DNA from: Octopus vulgaris
Taxonomy: Eukaryota
Length of the DNA stretch: 64,000 nucleotides
Direction: 5' to 3'
NCBI GenBank assembly: GCA_951406725.2
Contig: OX597826.1
Location: 24,986,001-25,050,000, forward strand
Shown here: one piece after another, positions 13,411 through 27,352 of the stretch
Position numbering within the stretch: the first letter of the stretch is position 1
Layout: each line of letters opens with the position of its first letter
The notes under the pieces: generated by a model
Told to the model about the DNA's origin: nothing
Database searches by the model: none
What the model saw: only the letters and a program-made list of their open reading frames with translations
Translations under genes and position numbers: made by a program

Positions 13411-14736
13411 AAGCACTAATCTACATATCTTCTAATCACTCCAACACCTCTAATCTTTCTATACACCAATTTATTGAAAAGTTAGATTCTTTCATTCCCC
13501 AATGACAGATCTATTTGGCAAATTCTTCTATGACCTCTTTTACGGAATCATTTTTACCTACCTATACTCACACCAGTTTCTTATTTGGTTTCCAGATTTT
13601 GCCATATTCCTTCTATAAATTAAACTCACTTCCTTTACTCAAACCCCCTTCCGTGTCGTACACGTGTTTTCCAAAACCCGTACTAGATACCAGTTGCGTA
13701 TGGTGTGCTGCCAAAACCAAATTTTAAGCAAGGGTGTAACGAAAGTTTTCCATTAAGATTTGTGAGTAAGGTCAATATTTATAACGAATTTGTCATTTTC
13801 GATGGGTGTGCAGCGAATATCTAGCACACCCGGAATATACGCCCCCTACTAAATACATCTTTTAGTTCTTTTTCCATAGAACATCAAATTCTTTGGAACT
13901 CTTGTCCTTGTCTTTTCAGCATAAAATCAACCAAGCTGAAATATCGACATCAATGATCTCATACTTTATAGGGCAATTAAATATGAAACTTAATCGCTAG
14001 TGTCCTTCATTTTAAAGGTGAGCATCTGAATTCGAACGAGCTCCGCTCCCTTGTTTACTGATCTAAAGATGTTTATCTCGTCATATCATTCTGAAAGATA
14101 AAAAAATAAAATAAAAGCCAGCAAAATACTGTTTCCATGGTTATTACTTTTTCTTCACATTTTCTGCTGTTTCTTCTTTTATTATACCGTCATATATCAC
14201 ATGTTGGCACCTGTCAATTTTCACAGGTGAGAAAAGCATATGTTAGAGAGGCATTTTTTTTTTTAAACTAAGAGAATACCTCCCGGCTTTTTCAATAAAT
14301 ACCAAGCAGATTAATATCAAACACACCACCCAGAGTTTATTTTGGTACAAGCGATTCCTTTTTTAAGATTTTAGCTTAGTTGATGACCTTTCGGCCTTAT
14401 CTAATTATATCACGGTATCTATATTATAATAAAGTCTTTAGAAATTAATTTTGCAACAGGATTAATGAAGCCATTGAAGTAGACTCTACACGGTTGCTCG
14501 ACTTGCAAAGAATATCTATGAAGTGTCGCTGAAACCTCATTATGTAATGTCCTCTGTCCCGCTTCTGACAGTGCGAAAACTGTACTAGGCGAGCTGGCAG
14601 ATCATTAAGACGACGGGCAAAATGCTTAGAGGCATTTTGTCCGTCTTTACGTTTTGAGTTCAAATATCGCCGAGGCAGAGTTTGCCACTCATCCTTTCGA
14701 ATCGATAAAATAAATACCAGATGAACATTTGTGTCG

Positions 14737-14925
14737 ATTATTTACATTATTTACATTCGACGGATATTTGTCCTCACCTTGCTTGTTGTTAACACACAGT
14801 GTTAACAACAAACAAGTGTTAACAACAAACAAGTGTTAACAACAAACAAGATGAGGACAAATATCCGTCGAATGTAAATAATGTAAATAATGTACATAAT
14901 TCCTCATCTCTTAAATATAGAACTG
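14737..14925. repeat. Fold-back insertion: 59-bp inverted arms with a triplicated 17-mer, inserted in a SINE
   Basis: Arms 14737-14795 and 14833-14891; GTGTTAACAACAAACAA x3 from 14799; same family at ~29568-29647. Confidence 0.88.
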
Positions 14926-15789
14926 TATTGGAATCAACTTTGCTCCTCTCTCGAAATTTCTGGCTTTGTGCCAAAATTTGAAACCGATATTAGGACTGAT
15001 TTAAGCCACTTTGGGTGATCGTTGCGTTTATCTCGCTCGGGTTTCCTTGGATCAATGGAAAGGTAAGACAAGTACGTTTGAGAGAGACATTCGAGTGCTG
15101 AGGTTGCCAGGAGAGAGAGCAATGTTGAATTCAAATGCATTAAATGGGGCCCCGTTTCCCGTGTAGGCTTGACGGATGGGTGTGAACACCTTGTTGAGTT
15201 CATTAGCCCTTGTATATAAGTATTTTCAAGGACACACCGGAGTGAAACCTCGGAAGAGAGTTGCCGGTTTCGTCTCCGACGACTCGGCTGTGTGCGGGTT
15301 TATATGATTAATGGAAAATTAAACCAAACCCTAGTGTTTTCTTAATACATTTAACACTTGGGAAAATGTATTCCGAGATACACTATGAATAAAAACAATG
15401 TAATACTGGCGGCTGAGATGATCTTGAATATATATTTGCTGACCTGGGTATGTAAGCAACAACAGTAGCAGCAGCAGCAGCAGCAAAAGCGAAAGCAGCC
15501 AAAAAACAGCAACAACGAAAGTAGCAGCCGGTCCGTCACAGGTGAGCTGCAAGATGCAGGAGGAAAGAGCGAGAGAAAGTTGTGGCGAAAGAGTCAGCAG
15601 AAGTTCGCCATTACCTTCTGCGGGAGCCGCATGGAGCTTAGGCGTTTTCGCTCATAAACACACACATCGCCCGGGCAGAAATTCGAACCCACGATCCCTC
15701 GACCGCGAGTCCGCTGCTCTAACCACTAGGGCATGTGCCACCACTACATACATACATATATACATACATACATACATACATACATACAT

Positions 15790-15838
<49 letters not shown>

Positions 15839-15859
15839 TATATATACATATATACTATA

Positions 15860-16560
15860 ATGCTAATGGTGTCTTACGCCATATACGTGCTGTGTATAAT
15901 AATTTCAATGTTATTCTTTGATGTGTAGTAGTTTAATAGTTTAAATAATTTTCGACACCATCTATATTTGTCCATTTACACCTTCTTACTGGTCTTAATG
16001 CACCAACATTTTTCATGTCTGCTACTGTTTCAGTTTCCAGTCACCACATTCTTTCTACTTCTATTTATAAGTACTTATAATTAGAACATTTCTCTGAATT
16101 TTTCAGACAGATGGTTCCGTCTCTTGGGATTTTATTAACTTTTTTCATTAGCGAACACGTTTTCTCTCAGCAGTCTTTAACTAAGATAATATCTGGACTG
16201 GTTTGCATTCATTTCTCCATTAGTGTGTACAGACGTGTCCCAGTGTTGTGTTATATTGTCAATTTTAGATGCTATCTGCGGCGTAAGCTTGTACCACCTG
16301 TTGTCTATATTCATTTTGTCCTGTTGTAACTAGATATACACACAAGTTTCCATTGTATATAGCTACCTACACTATTGTGTATGTTGGTGTGCTGGGAATT
16401 TGTAAGGCGGGGGAAATCTGAGACCACACAATCAGTTGTTTCTTTGTGGCCCTCATGTGTTTATCACCTGAGACTATATTTTCGTGAAATTCTTGACACT
16501 GATTATGTGGCCGCTACTTGGCGGTCTTTGAACCTGAACTTCAGATCCTGTGGTATTCCT
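15860..16560 (-). mobile_element. Old Dong/R4-clade fragment (CCHC + RLE endonuclease region)
   Basis: Minus strand reads HNSVGSYIQWKL...RWYKLTP...HWDTSVHTN...PDIILVKD...EVERMW*LETET...VGAL...TARIWRK, with many lesions. Confidence 0.7.
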
Positions 16561-16942
16561 GATATTTAACCCTAGGTCAGTGAAATCAAGCAGAACTGTA
16601 ACAAGACTCGCTTCCGCCCGTGATAATCTTTCATAGATAGATAGATAGATCGATAGCTAGATATAGATAAATACATACACAGACATACATATGTACGTAC
16701 CCTCATATATACTTATATATATACACATATACATACATGCACACACATATTTATAATATATACATAGGTATATATATTATACATGCATATATATGTACAT
16801 GTTTATATATATATATATACCGTGACGGTGTCGAGCCTTTCTGGTGACGTCGATGTTCGCCTGGGGCTAAGTGCAACAGTAACACCCCCACCACCCTGCC
16901 CTGTCCCTAGCCATATTCAGATGGCTTTAGTCCCTTATGTTA

Positions 16943-16976
<34 letters not shown>

Positions 16977-17362
16977 CGAGCAGTATCGCCCGGCGTTGCT
17001 CTGGTTTGTTTCGACCCTTTAGAATTGAAATTTTTGAAAAGTAAAAATTTTGCATTATGTAGCTTGTTATTCTCTTTAAGTGAACATTTTTATTGTTGAA
17101 ATACACCGAAAAATGGCGACACAGCAGTCAAAAAATCGTAAAAAATAAGGATTTTCATAGAAAAAAGCACCTTTTTGATGTAAATAATTTTTGGTGTTGA
17201 TATGGTCCGATTTGAATTTTTCTTCCACAGAAGGAAGAGCAAGCCTTCTTCTATCATACTTTCAACTTTGGTCAACTTACGTCGCAGGGTCTCGGAGGAG
17301 ATAGTGTTAGTTGAAGACTACCAAACCTGCCATACACAGACAACTTCAGCTTTATATATAGA
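16977..17362 (-). mobile_element. Non-autonomous Helitron-like element
   Basis: Minus strand starts TCTATATATAAAGC and ends GAGCAACGCCGGGCGATACTGCTCG|T (CTAG-like terminus after a GC-rich subterminal hairpin region). Confidence 0.7.
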
Positions 17363-17457
17363 GAGATAAAGAGAGAGTCTGTCCATCCATCCATCCATCC
17401 ATCCATCCATCTATCTATCTATCTGTGTGTGTGTGTGTGTGTGTGTGTCTGTGTATG

Positions 17458-17499
<42 letters not shown>

Positions 17500-19529
17500 C
17501 ACACAAGTATGCGTGTCTATATGTGAGTATGAATTTACGTATGCATATGCACACACAACACACATTAGAGAGTGTATCTAGAAATATACTATTCAATGCA
17601 CCCAACCATTTTTTTAATGGTAATAAATGGTATGATCTAGAGTAGATTAGTTTGCTATTTCTAGCAAGGTGAGTGACCCTATTGACGCAGTGTTGTTCAT
17701 GATGGTTAATAATGGCTTCTTCAACTCTGACAAAACATTGATAGAACGAAGATTTTTGACGCCATTTTCTTGCCATTATATATTGAAGTGCTTTGAAAAA
17801 AGGAAAAAAATCTTGTCTTTTCTTAATTTAGTATAAAACATTTTCATACTGCCATTTTGTTTCCGTTGCTTTGTTCCCGCCTTTTCTTCATGCTGACTTA
17901 TTTGATATTAAATGTTTTGCCCTCAGCACATTTTATAGTAGAGTGAAAATTTTGTTTTAATCTTAGTTGACAACAAACTTATAATCACAAATGCTAAACT
18001 ACTCGTATTTAACTTCGTCGAATATATTGGCTGGTGAATTATTGATTTCAAATTTTGGCACAAGGCCAAAAGAAGGAGAATAAAAATAAAGAGGAGGTAA
18101 GTCGATTAGATCGACTTCAGTGTTCAACTGGTACTTATTTTATCGACCCCGAAAGGATGAAAGGCAAAGTCGACCTCGGCGGAATTTGAACTAGGAGTGT
18201 GAGACGGACGAAATACCACTGAGCATTTTACACGAAATGTGGAAAGAAAGCTTTTCTCGCAATGGTTTTCTGTATATTTTGACAAAGTAGAACTGAAAGT
18301 GAATTTAAATTTTGGCGTTGTTAGTAGAAAAATCAGAGATCTTTCTCACCGATTTTTCTACTCACAGCATCAAACAGAGAGAGTTAATTTCTTTCTCTCT
18401 CCCTCTCTCTATGTGTGTATATGAACACATTTCTTTTTAGGTGCATGAGAAGAGGGAATGTGTTTATATCAGTCAGGACGAATTAATAAATTGTAAAGTC
18501 TCTCTCTCTTTCTCTCTGTATGAGTATATTTCGGCTCGCGCGCGTATTTACCTCCAGTTCCAAACAGTACTGCTGCTAAAAAAGCCATCACCAAAATGTC
18601 TTGTCAGCCATTCTAAATCGCCAGCGTCCAAACAGCCGCGCCTAATCGTCTCATTCCGTTCTTAATACTATATTTTGATTCTAACGATTCACTTTGTTTT
18701 TCTTACTTCCTTTCTGTTCTAGATTCCTTGTTGTATTTGTCACCTTCCTTGCCTGTCTTATTAAATTAGCTATTTTTTTTTTGTGATGATTTGGTATGAT
18801 CCTTAAAGTGCGGACTTATAAATGTCTTGCCTTATTAGTTTCCGCTGCTAACACTCCCGAATCAAATCGCGCTGAAGTCACATTACTCTGTCGAACGAAA
18901 TAACATGCAGTATTAGTTCCGGCTGTTAACACAGTTCAAATTCCGCCGGAGCCATAATTGCTTTTCATCTTTCCGAGGTCGATAAAGTAAAGTACCAGTC
19001 AACTATTGTGGGTAAATCTAATCAACTAATTCGTTCTTCTCTTCACATGTGTGGCTTTATGTCTTTATTAGGAATAGGGTAAAGGGTATAAACTACCTTC
19101 AGTCATGAATGACCATGGGATTGCACCTAGAAAGTTCCCCTTTAAGGCACAAGTCCGAGCAAGGTTGTTTATGGAAGACCAACAATTCCTCATGCATTCC
19201 AGCCTCCTCTCTCCACGCCACTGATGTTATCCAAGGAAAAGGCAAAAGCAAAGGCCAACACAGCTTTCTCTAGTCATGTTGCAACTCATTTCTACGGCTG
19301 AGTGAACTAGAACAGCATGAAATAAAGTGCCTTGCTCAAAAATACAACACACATCCCAGTCCAAGAAACGAACTCACTACCTCATGATTGTAAACTCGAC
19401 ACTCTAACCACTGAGCCATGCACTTTCGCTATTAGAAATAATAGCTGTTTATATTTGAAGAACATGTTAATATTTTTCCTCTACTTCTTTCGAAGACAGA
19501 AGTGTATCGCAACAGACATTCGGGCACAT

Positions 19530-19933
19530 TGAGATGGATCTTACTCGACGGTGGCTTTCAGTTCGTCATTATTCACCGTTGTTTCTGGTCGACCGCGTTG
19601 CTCATTTGTAAGGTGAAAGTTACCAGAATGAAATTTTGCAAATCAATTTGATACTGTTTGCTGTGTAAGAACATTAGAATGAAATACTCCATCAATATTC
19701 CGAGCTGTCAGTGAAGCTGTATTTCCAAAAAAGTACTCATATTTCAAAACTGTACGAATTTCCGACTTATCCGTCTCTAAACACAAACAGCAAAAAACGG
19801 TTTATATATACTTTATAAAGCGCAAAACGAGTTAGAATAAAGAAATATTGTCAAAATATAATAATGGCGCAAAATGAGCAGCTGTCAAAGTTTACCATAT
19901 ACTTTACTACAAATTTTATACTTGACAACCTAA
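19530..19933 (-). mobile_element. 5' fragment of a cecropia-type (Hsmar1-like) mariner
   Basis: Minus strand begins TA|TTAGGTTG (TIR start) and translates DKSEIRTVLKYEY...TARNIDGVF...FAKFHSGNFHLTNEQRGRPETTVNNDELKATVE, the N-terminal HTH region of a mariner transposase. Confidence 0.8.
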
Positions 19934-22634
19934 TAACAGGTGGAAGAAAGGAGATTTGCAGAGGCATCAAACAGGTATTCAATACAGTTGATAAAATAAA
20001 GTACCTAAATCAAGTTTACGACGTGGTATACAGTCTAAGAATTGAACCCACGAACTTTTGTTCATGATTCGAACAGTAAGCACTAAACCACACGTCTTTA
20101 CAACACAAGTTGTCGTGTTAGTTCAAATACGTAATGTGCCCTGGTGGCCATTTATTGGACGAGAGATAATCAGTTCCGGACTAATCTTGGCTGGATTTGA
20201 AGTTTGAATTTTAAATCCAAGACCAGATGAATATGCACAGAATACACATATTTAATTGTTTATTAATCCTTAGAAAATCCTCAAATTTCCACTCATACAT
20301 AATCCTATAAAGCGCCATTTCATCCTTATTAGAAACCATCAGCATGACATAACCCGAAGCAGACAAATTAAACTAAATTAAACATTTCACTGAGTAAAAC
20401 ATTTCTTATGGATGGAAAACAATTATAATCTAGAAGCCATACATGGAATGTATGTTTTTCTTTTTACTTCTTTTTCTTCATAGATCGCTTATATCATTAG
20501 AGGTTCTCATCCATTTAGTTCCTGTAGATCCCTTTTATTCATATTTTACTCGGTTGGACCCAAGGGCCATATGGACCCCAGCTGAGAACACTGCTTTATA
20601 CAGTCTTTTCTGTGTGTTTCATGAAAGAAATGATTCTATATTGATCTAAACTGTATCAATGACAAACTGCACGAAAGTTCTAGAATTTCATAAACGACAA
20701 AACTTCTTTCCTTCAATAGCTAAAAATGATGTAAATGTTTCGCTTCGAAAAATTCACGTCGTTATCATTGTTTAATTACAACCAGCAAGTTGACTGCTAT
20801 AGCACACCACCTTGTGCTAAAAGGAGAGAGGAACATATAAATATTATTTAAGAAAGGTCAAAAGGTCATAAAGGTCAAAAGGTGAAAAATGTCAAATTGA
20901 CAAAAGATAAAATTATTATTTATATTTTTATATTGTATTGTTTCTTTGTGGTTAGAATATTGCAAAAATAAATCACTATAGCTACAATTGTGAAAGCTGC
21001 CAAGACGGAAATAGTGACATAAGAACTTCACCCCTTCCCAAATGGAATTATAAACCAAAACGTAATTTATTATAAAGAAATGTTCCTTAGAAACATAAAG
21101 GTTTTAGTGTGATTATTATCTGGCAATTTATTCCAAGATGCTAAGCAGAATCTTTACTGTATTTCTGTAAGTAATAGCTATGTAGGTAGTGGAGAATAGC
21201 AATTATTTCCTTATCTTTGTAGAATAAATGCAAAGAAAAAAGCAAAAACAATATTATGAATATTATTCTTTTCTTAAATGGCAGTGTCTTGTTTTATAGC
21301 ATCTGAGCTTCAGGCATAAATAAATGGTAACGAAGCTAAACAACGGAACTTAACATAGAAACACGATGTTAATTCGACAAAAATATTATGGAATTTTGTG
21401 TTGGTGGATCCCAAAAGAAACGGTGTTTTTATACGTACGTATACACTCACACACAGATACACACACATGCACACACACACATACATGCATACATATATAC
21501 ATACATACTTACATACATACACATGCAAGCGCACATGCATATTATTCTTAAACAAAATATTATTGTCAATGACATCGAAGTTTCCGGTAAGCTATTGTGT
21601 TTATAATAACTGAACATAAAACGACTCATTAAAATGTACACACACACACCAACAAACATACACACGTGCACACACACACACACACACGCCCCCGCGCGCG
21701 CATAATGTTTTCTTTTGACACATTCTACCAGTATACTAAGTTTCAAATTGTTTAGTTAACTAGAAAATTCCGTCCATCAAAAGGAAAAGATCTGGGTATT
21801 ACACTTGCGATGGCAAGACCATGGTTTCGATTCTCGGGACGTTATGTTCACGAAGAAAGCACTCCATAGCACGTTTCTCTGCGATCACTTCGTCATCAGA
21901 AGTGTGGTACGTCGCGCACCTGTGCAGGTAATATCGATTTGACTGACGGAATGAATTAACGTCCACTGCAAACATTTGATCACTATAAACAGAACATCTG
22001 CGAAGATTGTTCAACAAGAATTTATGGAATCTTCATCTGCCGTCTAAAACGGGTAAATTCCTGTAGTAGACAAGTCCGTAATGCACTCACACATACACGA
22101 GCGAGTGAACAAGCAAAAGAAAGTAGCACTCAATACGTTTGGTTGGGGTTATTTGTATTCGGTAACAGTTTGACTCAGCTCCACAACAGTATATGCTCGG
22201 TGACGTAGAGCGGATTAAAAATAATCAAATGGTTTTCAGGTGAATGTGTTTAGGCTTACACTGGTCAGTTCAGGTCACATGGTTGCTTTTACTCGGGCAA
22301 GAATTATATGCCCTGAAAATGCACGACCAACTAAGCCTAGAGTGGTATGTTCGTATTATCGGCAGCTATTGGCGTGAAGTTCATTAACAGGGCGCACCTC
22401 TGGAGGCAGCAATAACTTAACCAAGTTTTGCTATTGATAGATACTGCGAGTTTGTCAACTATGTACAGTTTTCCACAGTGGCAGAGTTGGCAATTACAAG
22501 CCCCAGGTGAGTGAGGCGGGGTCTGTTGAGGAAGTTGCTTCGATGTTGCCGACATTTCCAGATAAAGCAGGACAAGAAATGAAGATTTCCCTCCCCCTAC
22601 ATCTGAAGGAGTACATGTGTTGCGTATCTATCTC

Positions 22635-22700
<66 letters not shown>

Positions 22701-22912
22701 GACTGACGTGATGTCGCATCGGCTCCGCTGGTAATCCCTTTTTTCGACCTTTTATTGCACGCATTTTGTTTCAACTTTTGCACACAAGGTGTGTAAAGCC
22801 TACAGCTTTCGTTTGAGTGTGTTTTCAAGCGAGGAATTAACCCCTAGGGGTAGTTTCAAACCTATTTACATTTACATTTTCTTCGATTTCCTTGACATAT
22901 TTCTAAACAAAC

Positions 22913-23795
22913 ATGGCTAAGCGAAGCCATGAGGCCGACTTCCCGTCTCTACCAAAGCTAGAGGTGAAGGAAGCTGAAATCAAAGCCGTTCCGCTTGAAC
23001 GCACACAGGCTTTAGAAGGCACGAATGCTTCTATTACTATAATCACTGCTTCCACCACTGCTACCACCACCACCGCCATCACCACCACAACCAACACGAA
23101 TACCGATAATTTTGCCGCGGGTTTGAAGCCAAAGAAATGAATAATGCATTTTTCCAAAGAAGAATTACTTGCCTGCAAAGAAATGTTTACAAAAAAATGA
23201 AGTCACTATTCAATTACAGACACCTGAAAACATTACAATATTATCTAAAAAAAATCCAAAGAAAACAATCATTTACAAGACACTCAACGCGAAAACAAAA
23301 GTACATGAAACAGCCACTCATGAAAATGTGGGAAAATGTTTAAGGCCCATATGGGCCTTTAAAGACTACATGAGGGAAAACAGGTTTGCGATAATCGAAG
23401 TAAGATTCGACAGCGAAGAGCGAGCCAATGACCTCTCCACAAGGTCCTTTCAACATGAAAATCTCCTCATGATCCCTACATACCTTAATTGTAGGGTCAC
23501 AAAAATTAAAATAAAAAATGCCCCCCCCTCGAATTGAAATAAAATGGCTCGTGTCTGCCATTTGCTATGATATCGAGGACGAAATCCATATATTGGAAAC
23601 CGATGCCCAGGTTGAGATTCTTGACCTGGCAAGAAGTCGAGATTGTTGCTCATTTCGATCCAGTGAATTTTGAAAAAATTCCCCACCGAATCCAATTGAC
23701 AGAGGATTCGAGCTTGCATGACCCGCCGAAGGCAGAAAGCCAAGTGGCTACGTTTGTGGTAGCAAAACACATTTAGAAACTAACTGCCCTCTAGC
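22913..23795 (+). pseudogene. Degraded gag-like ORF1 of a non-LTR (Tx1/L1-like) retrotransposon
   Basis: ORF pieces 22913-23140, 23169-23537 and 23567-23776 chain via frameshifts and end in a degenerate CCHC knuckle EGRKPSGYVCGSKTHLETNCP (~23728-23790). Confidence 0.65.
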
Positions 23796-24641
23796 ACAGA
23801 AACAACACCAACAACAACGACAACAACGTGCGACGGTGAAAATTCGGTTGTTTGATCGAGCTGCTTGTTCCATCATGTGAATTTACTATAAAAATACTGA
23901 TATTGGTATGAGAGCAATAAAAGCACGTGATATGAACTAACCAATGCCTGTCCACTACCACCACCACCACCACCACCACCAAAAACAACAACAACAATAA
24001 CAGCACCATCACCACTATCACGACGACAACGACCGCTACCACCACCACCTCTTCCTCTTCTTCTTCTTTTTCTTTTCCTTTTCTTCTTCTTCTTCTTCTT
24101 TTTCTTCTTCTTCTTCACTTCTTCTTCTTCATCTTCTTCGGTGATATCTATGACTCAAGGCTTTCCCCTCTATAGCCCTTTTACCCTTTTGTATACCAAG
24201 AGAATTAGTATATTGCGTAAGACGTCTGTCCTTGTTTGAAGATATTCAGGTGTGATTTGAAAGTGAATTAACTGTCATTTCTGGCAGTAGTGTGTTTAAC
24301 AGAATAACTTGCATTTAACTAAGGTCTTTTTACATTCCAGATTTCAAACCCGCCATATTGACTTTACTTTCGCAGAACTTTGCTTTTCCGCTATGTTTAC
24401 TTTGATAAAATAAATATCAGTCAAGTCTAGACGTAGATATAATTAATATAATCAATATATTCCGCCATACACATAAAGCACAGGCTTTTTGCAAATCGAT
24501 GATCGATCGATTCGGATTTTGGTCAACCATATTATTAACAAAATGGTGACTTGCTCAGATTATTTCTTACATACGCAAAATATCAACAGCTACACCACCA
24601 CCACTACCACCACCACCACCACCACCACCACCACCACCACC

Positions 24642-24699
<58 letters not shown>

Positions 24700-25076
24700 C
24701 TACCTCCATTATAGATTTCAAATTTTGGTACATGGGGTAGGGAATAAGCTGATTACATCGACCCCAGTGCGTAACTGGCGCTTATTTTATCGGCGCCGAA
24801 AGGATGACAGGCAAAGTCGAACCCAGTAGAATTTAAACTCAGAACGTAAAGACGGACGAAATGCCGCTCAGTATTTTCCCCAGAGTGCTAACAATTCTTC
24901 CAGCTCATCGCCTAATGTAATCCCTAATATAAAAAAACAACAACAAAGAAACTGGATGGCCATGGCTAGAACGCATTTAGTGACAGGTTTGAAGAAAAAC
25001 TGCAACAACGTAGAAGTATTAATAAAACCAAACTTTTACTTGTTTCAGTCACACACACACGCACACATTTATGCAT

Positions 25077-25186
<110 letters not shown>

Positions 25187-25199
25187 ATGTATATGTATA

Positions 25200-27245
25200 C
25201 CTCGGCTTGGCTTGTTGACGAAGATTAGGACAGCTGTTGTCCGCGTTGTCTGCACGCTCGTTCGTGGTTGATAAGACCGATGTGGGATCGACATATCCGA
25301 TTGCAATGATGATAGAGGTATGGTTGCCCAGGGTCTGATTATGCAGCTGCATTATTTTTTCGCTCTCACGTTAGATTTTAAGAGATGCACTGCGAGAGAT
25401 CTCAAAGGAAGAAACAGCATCGCTGATGGTATAGCGCCAAGCAACACGGTCAGCTGTTAGAGTGGACCACGCACGATTATCAATGTCACAAACGCTAAGG
25501 GACTGCTTCAGGCAGTCCTTGTAACGCTCCTTTGGTTCGCTCTCCACACCTGTTGCTCGCCGTACATGATGATCTTGGGTAGGCGGTGATCTTTCATCCT
25601 GTCAACGTGTCCTGCCCAACGTAGTCGTGTCTCAAGTAAAATGGCTTCCAGGCTGGTGACCTTCGCTTGCTTGAGGACCTCAGTGTTGGTGATGTAGTCG
25701 CTCCAGTAGATGTTGAGTATGGTACAAAGGCAGTGTTGGTGAAAACGTTCAAGAGGCCTGTGATGACAGTGGTAGGTGACCCAGGACTCAGGGCCATATA
25801 GGAGCGTCGTGAGGACAAGGGCTTTGTAGACTCTGACATTTGTGCTGATCTTAAGATGCTTATTATTCCACACACGCTTTTCATTCTTCCAAATACTTTG
25901 TTTGCCTTTGCAAGTCTGTTGTCAATTTCTTTTTCGATACTCGCATCTGATGAAATGGTACATCCACGGTAAGTGAACTGCTGTACCGACTTCGTGGTCT
26001 ACAGTGGCCTGCTTGAGCATCATACTGAAGAAGACGCTGAAGAGAGTTGGTGCTAGGACACAGCCCTGCTTCACCCTGTTGTTGATGGGGAATGCCTCTG
26101 ATATGTCGCTATTCAGGCGGATTTGTCCTTCATGAAGCTGGATGGTCATGGTAAAAAATTTTGGGGAAAGCCAAGTCGGTTTAGGATCTGCCACAGACCT
26201 TTCCTGCTCACAGTGCCGAACGCTTTCGCCAGATCGACAAATATTATATAAAGTGGTTTGTTTTGCTCCCGGCACTTTCTTGGAGCTGTCTGAGAACGAA
26301 AACCATATCTGTTGTGCTCGTGTTGGCTCTGAAACCACATTGGCTTTCTGGAAGATGATTTTCGGTAATAAACAGAACAAATCTGTTGAGAAGTAATCAT
26401 GTTAGAACTTTTCCTACAGTGGAAAGCAGGGTGACCCCCACCCACCGATAGTTTGAGAAGTTTGACATTTCCCCTTTGTCTTTGTATTGCGTAATGATGA
26501 CAGCATTGCAGAGATCTTGTGGCAGCTTGCCTTGTTCCCAGCATGCAACGAGGAGCTCATGGAGTTTAGCATGTATGACAGGAGCCCCGTGCTTCCATAT
26601 CTCTGATGCCATCGACTCCTGCTGCCTTTCTGCTCTTCAACCAACCTATTGCAACTGTGGTCTCTTTCAGGGCTAGAGGCTCATCTAAGTCCACTCTGAC
26701 TGGTTGCTGCTGGATGTGGAGGATTGCATTTTCCTGGATAACTCGGTTTGCACAGAAAAGTGTCTGAAAGTATTCAGATCAGCGGTTGAATATGGATGCT
26801 GCGTCTGTGAGCAGCCCCTGGCCATCTGAGCTCCGCAGGGGACTCCGGACTTGATGTGCTGGGCCGTAGACTGCTTTCAAAGTTTCATAGAACCCCTTGT
26901 AGTCGCAAGAGTTAGCGCACATCTAGGTTCTCCGTGCGAGGTTGGCCCACCACTCATTCTGAACTTCACGGGGTTTGCGCTGCAGAAAGCTGCAGGCTTG
27001 GCGAAAGACCGCTTTCTTCTCTTGGCAGGTCGATTGTGCCAGGTGTGCTTGGTGGACAGACTTCTTCTTTAATAATTCCTGGATCAGCACATCGTTTTCG
27101 TCAAACTAATCCTTGTTCTTTTCCTTCGTAAACCCAAGGATTTCTGCAGAGGCCTGTAGGATGGCAGTTTTCAGTTATTCCCATAAGATTTCTGGTGAGG
27201 GATCTGAGGGCCGATTGGATTTAGTAGACGTAAATTGCATGAAAC
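25200..27245 (-). mobile_element. RTE (BovB-like) LINE, 3' ~2 kb, degraded
   Basis: FVDLAKAF, VKQGCVLAPTLF, KALVLTTLLYGPESW, RLRWAGHVDRMKDHRLPKIIMYGE and terminal CNRICRSHIGLINHERAC zinc-finger-like motif; many frameshifts. Confidence 0.92.
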
Positions 27246-27251
27246 TCCTTA

Positions 27252-27352
<101 letters not shown>

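Noticed and set aside
24551-24829. Poly-His/poly-Gln ORF resembling a transcription factor
   Set aside because: (CAC)n(CAA)n microsatellite running into a SINE; no domain
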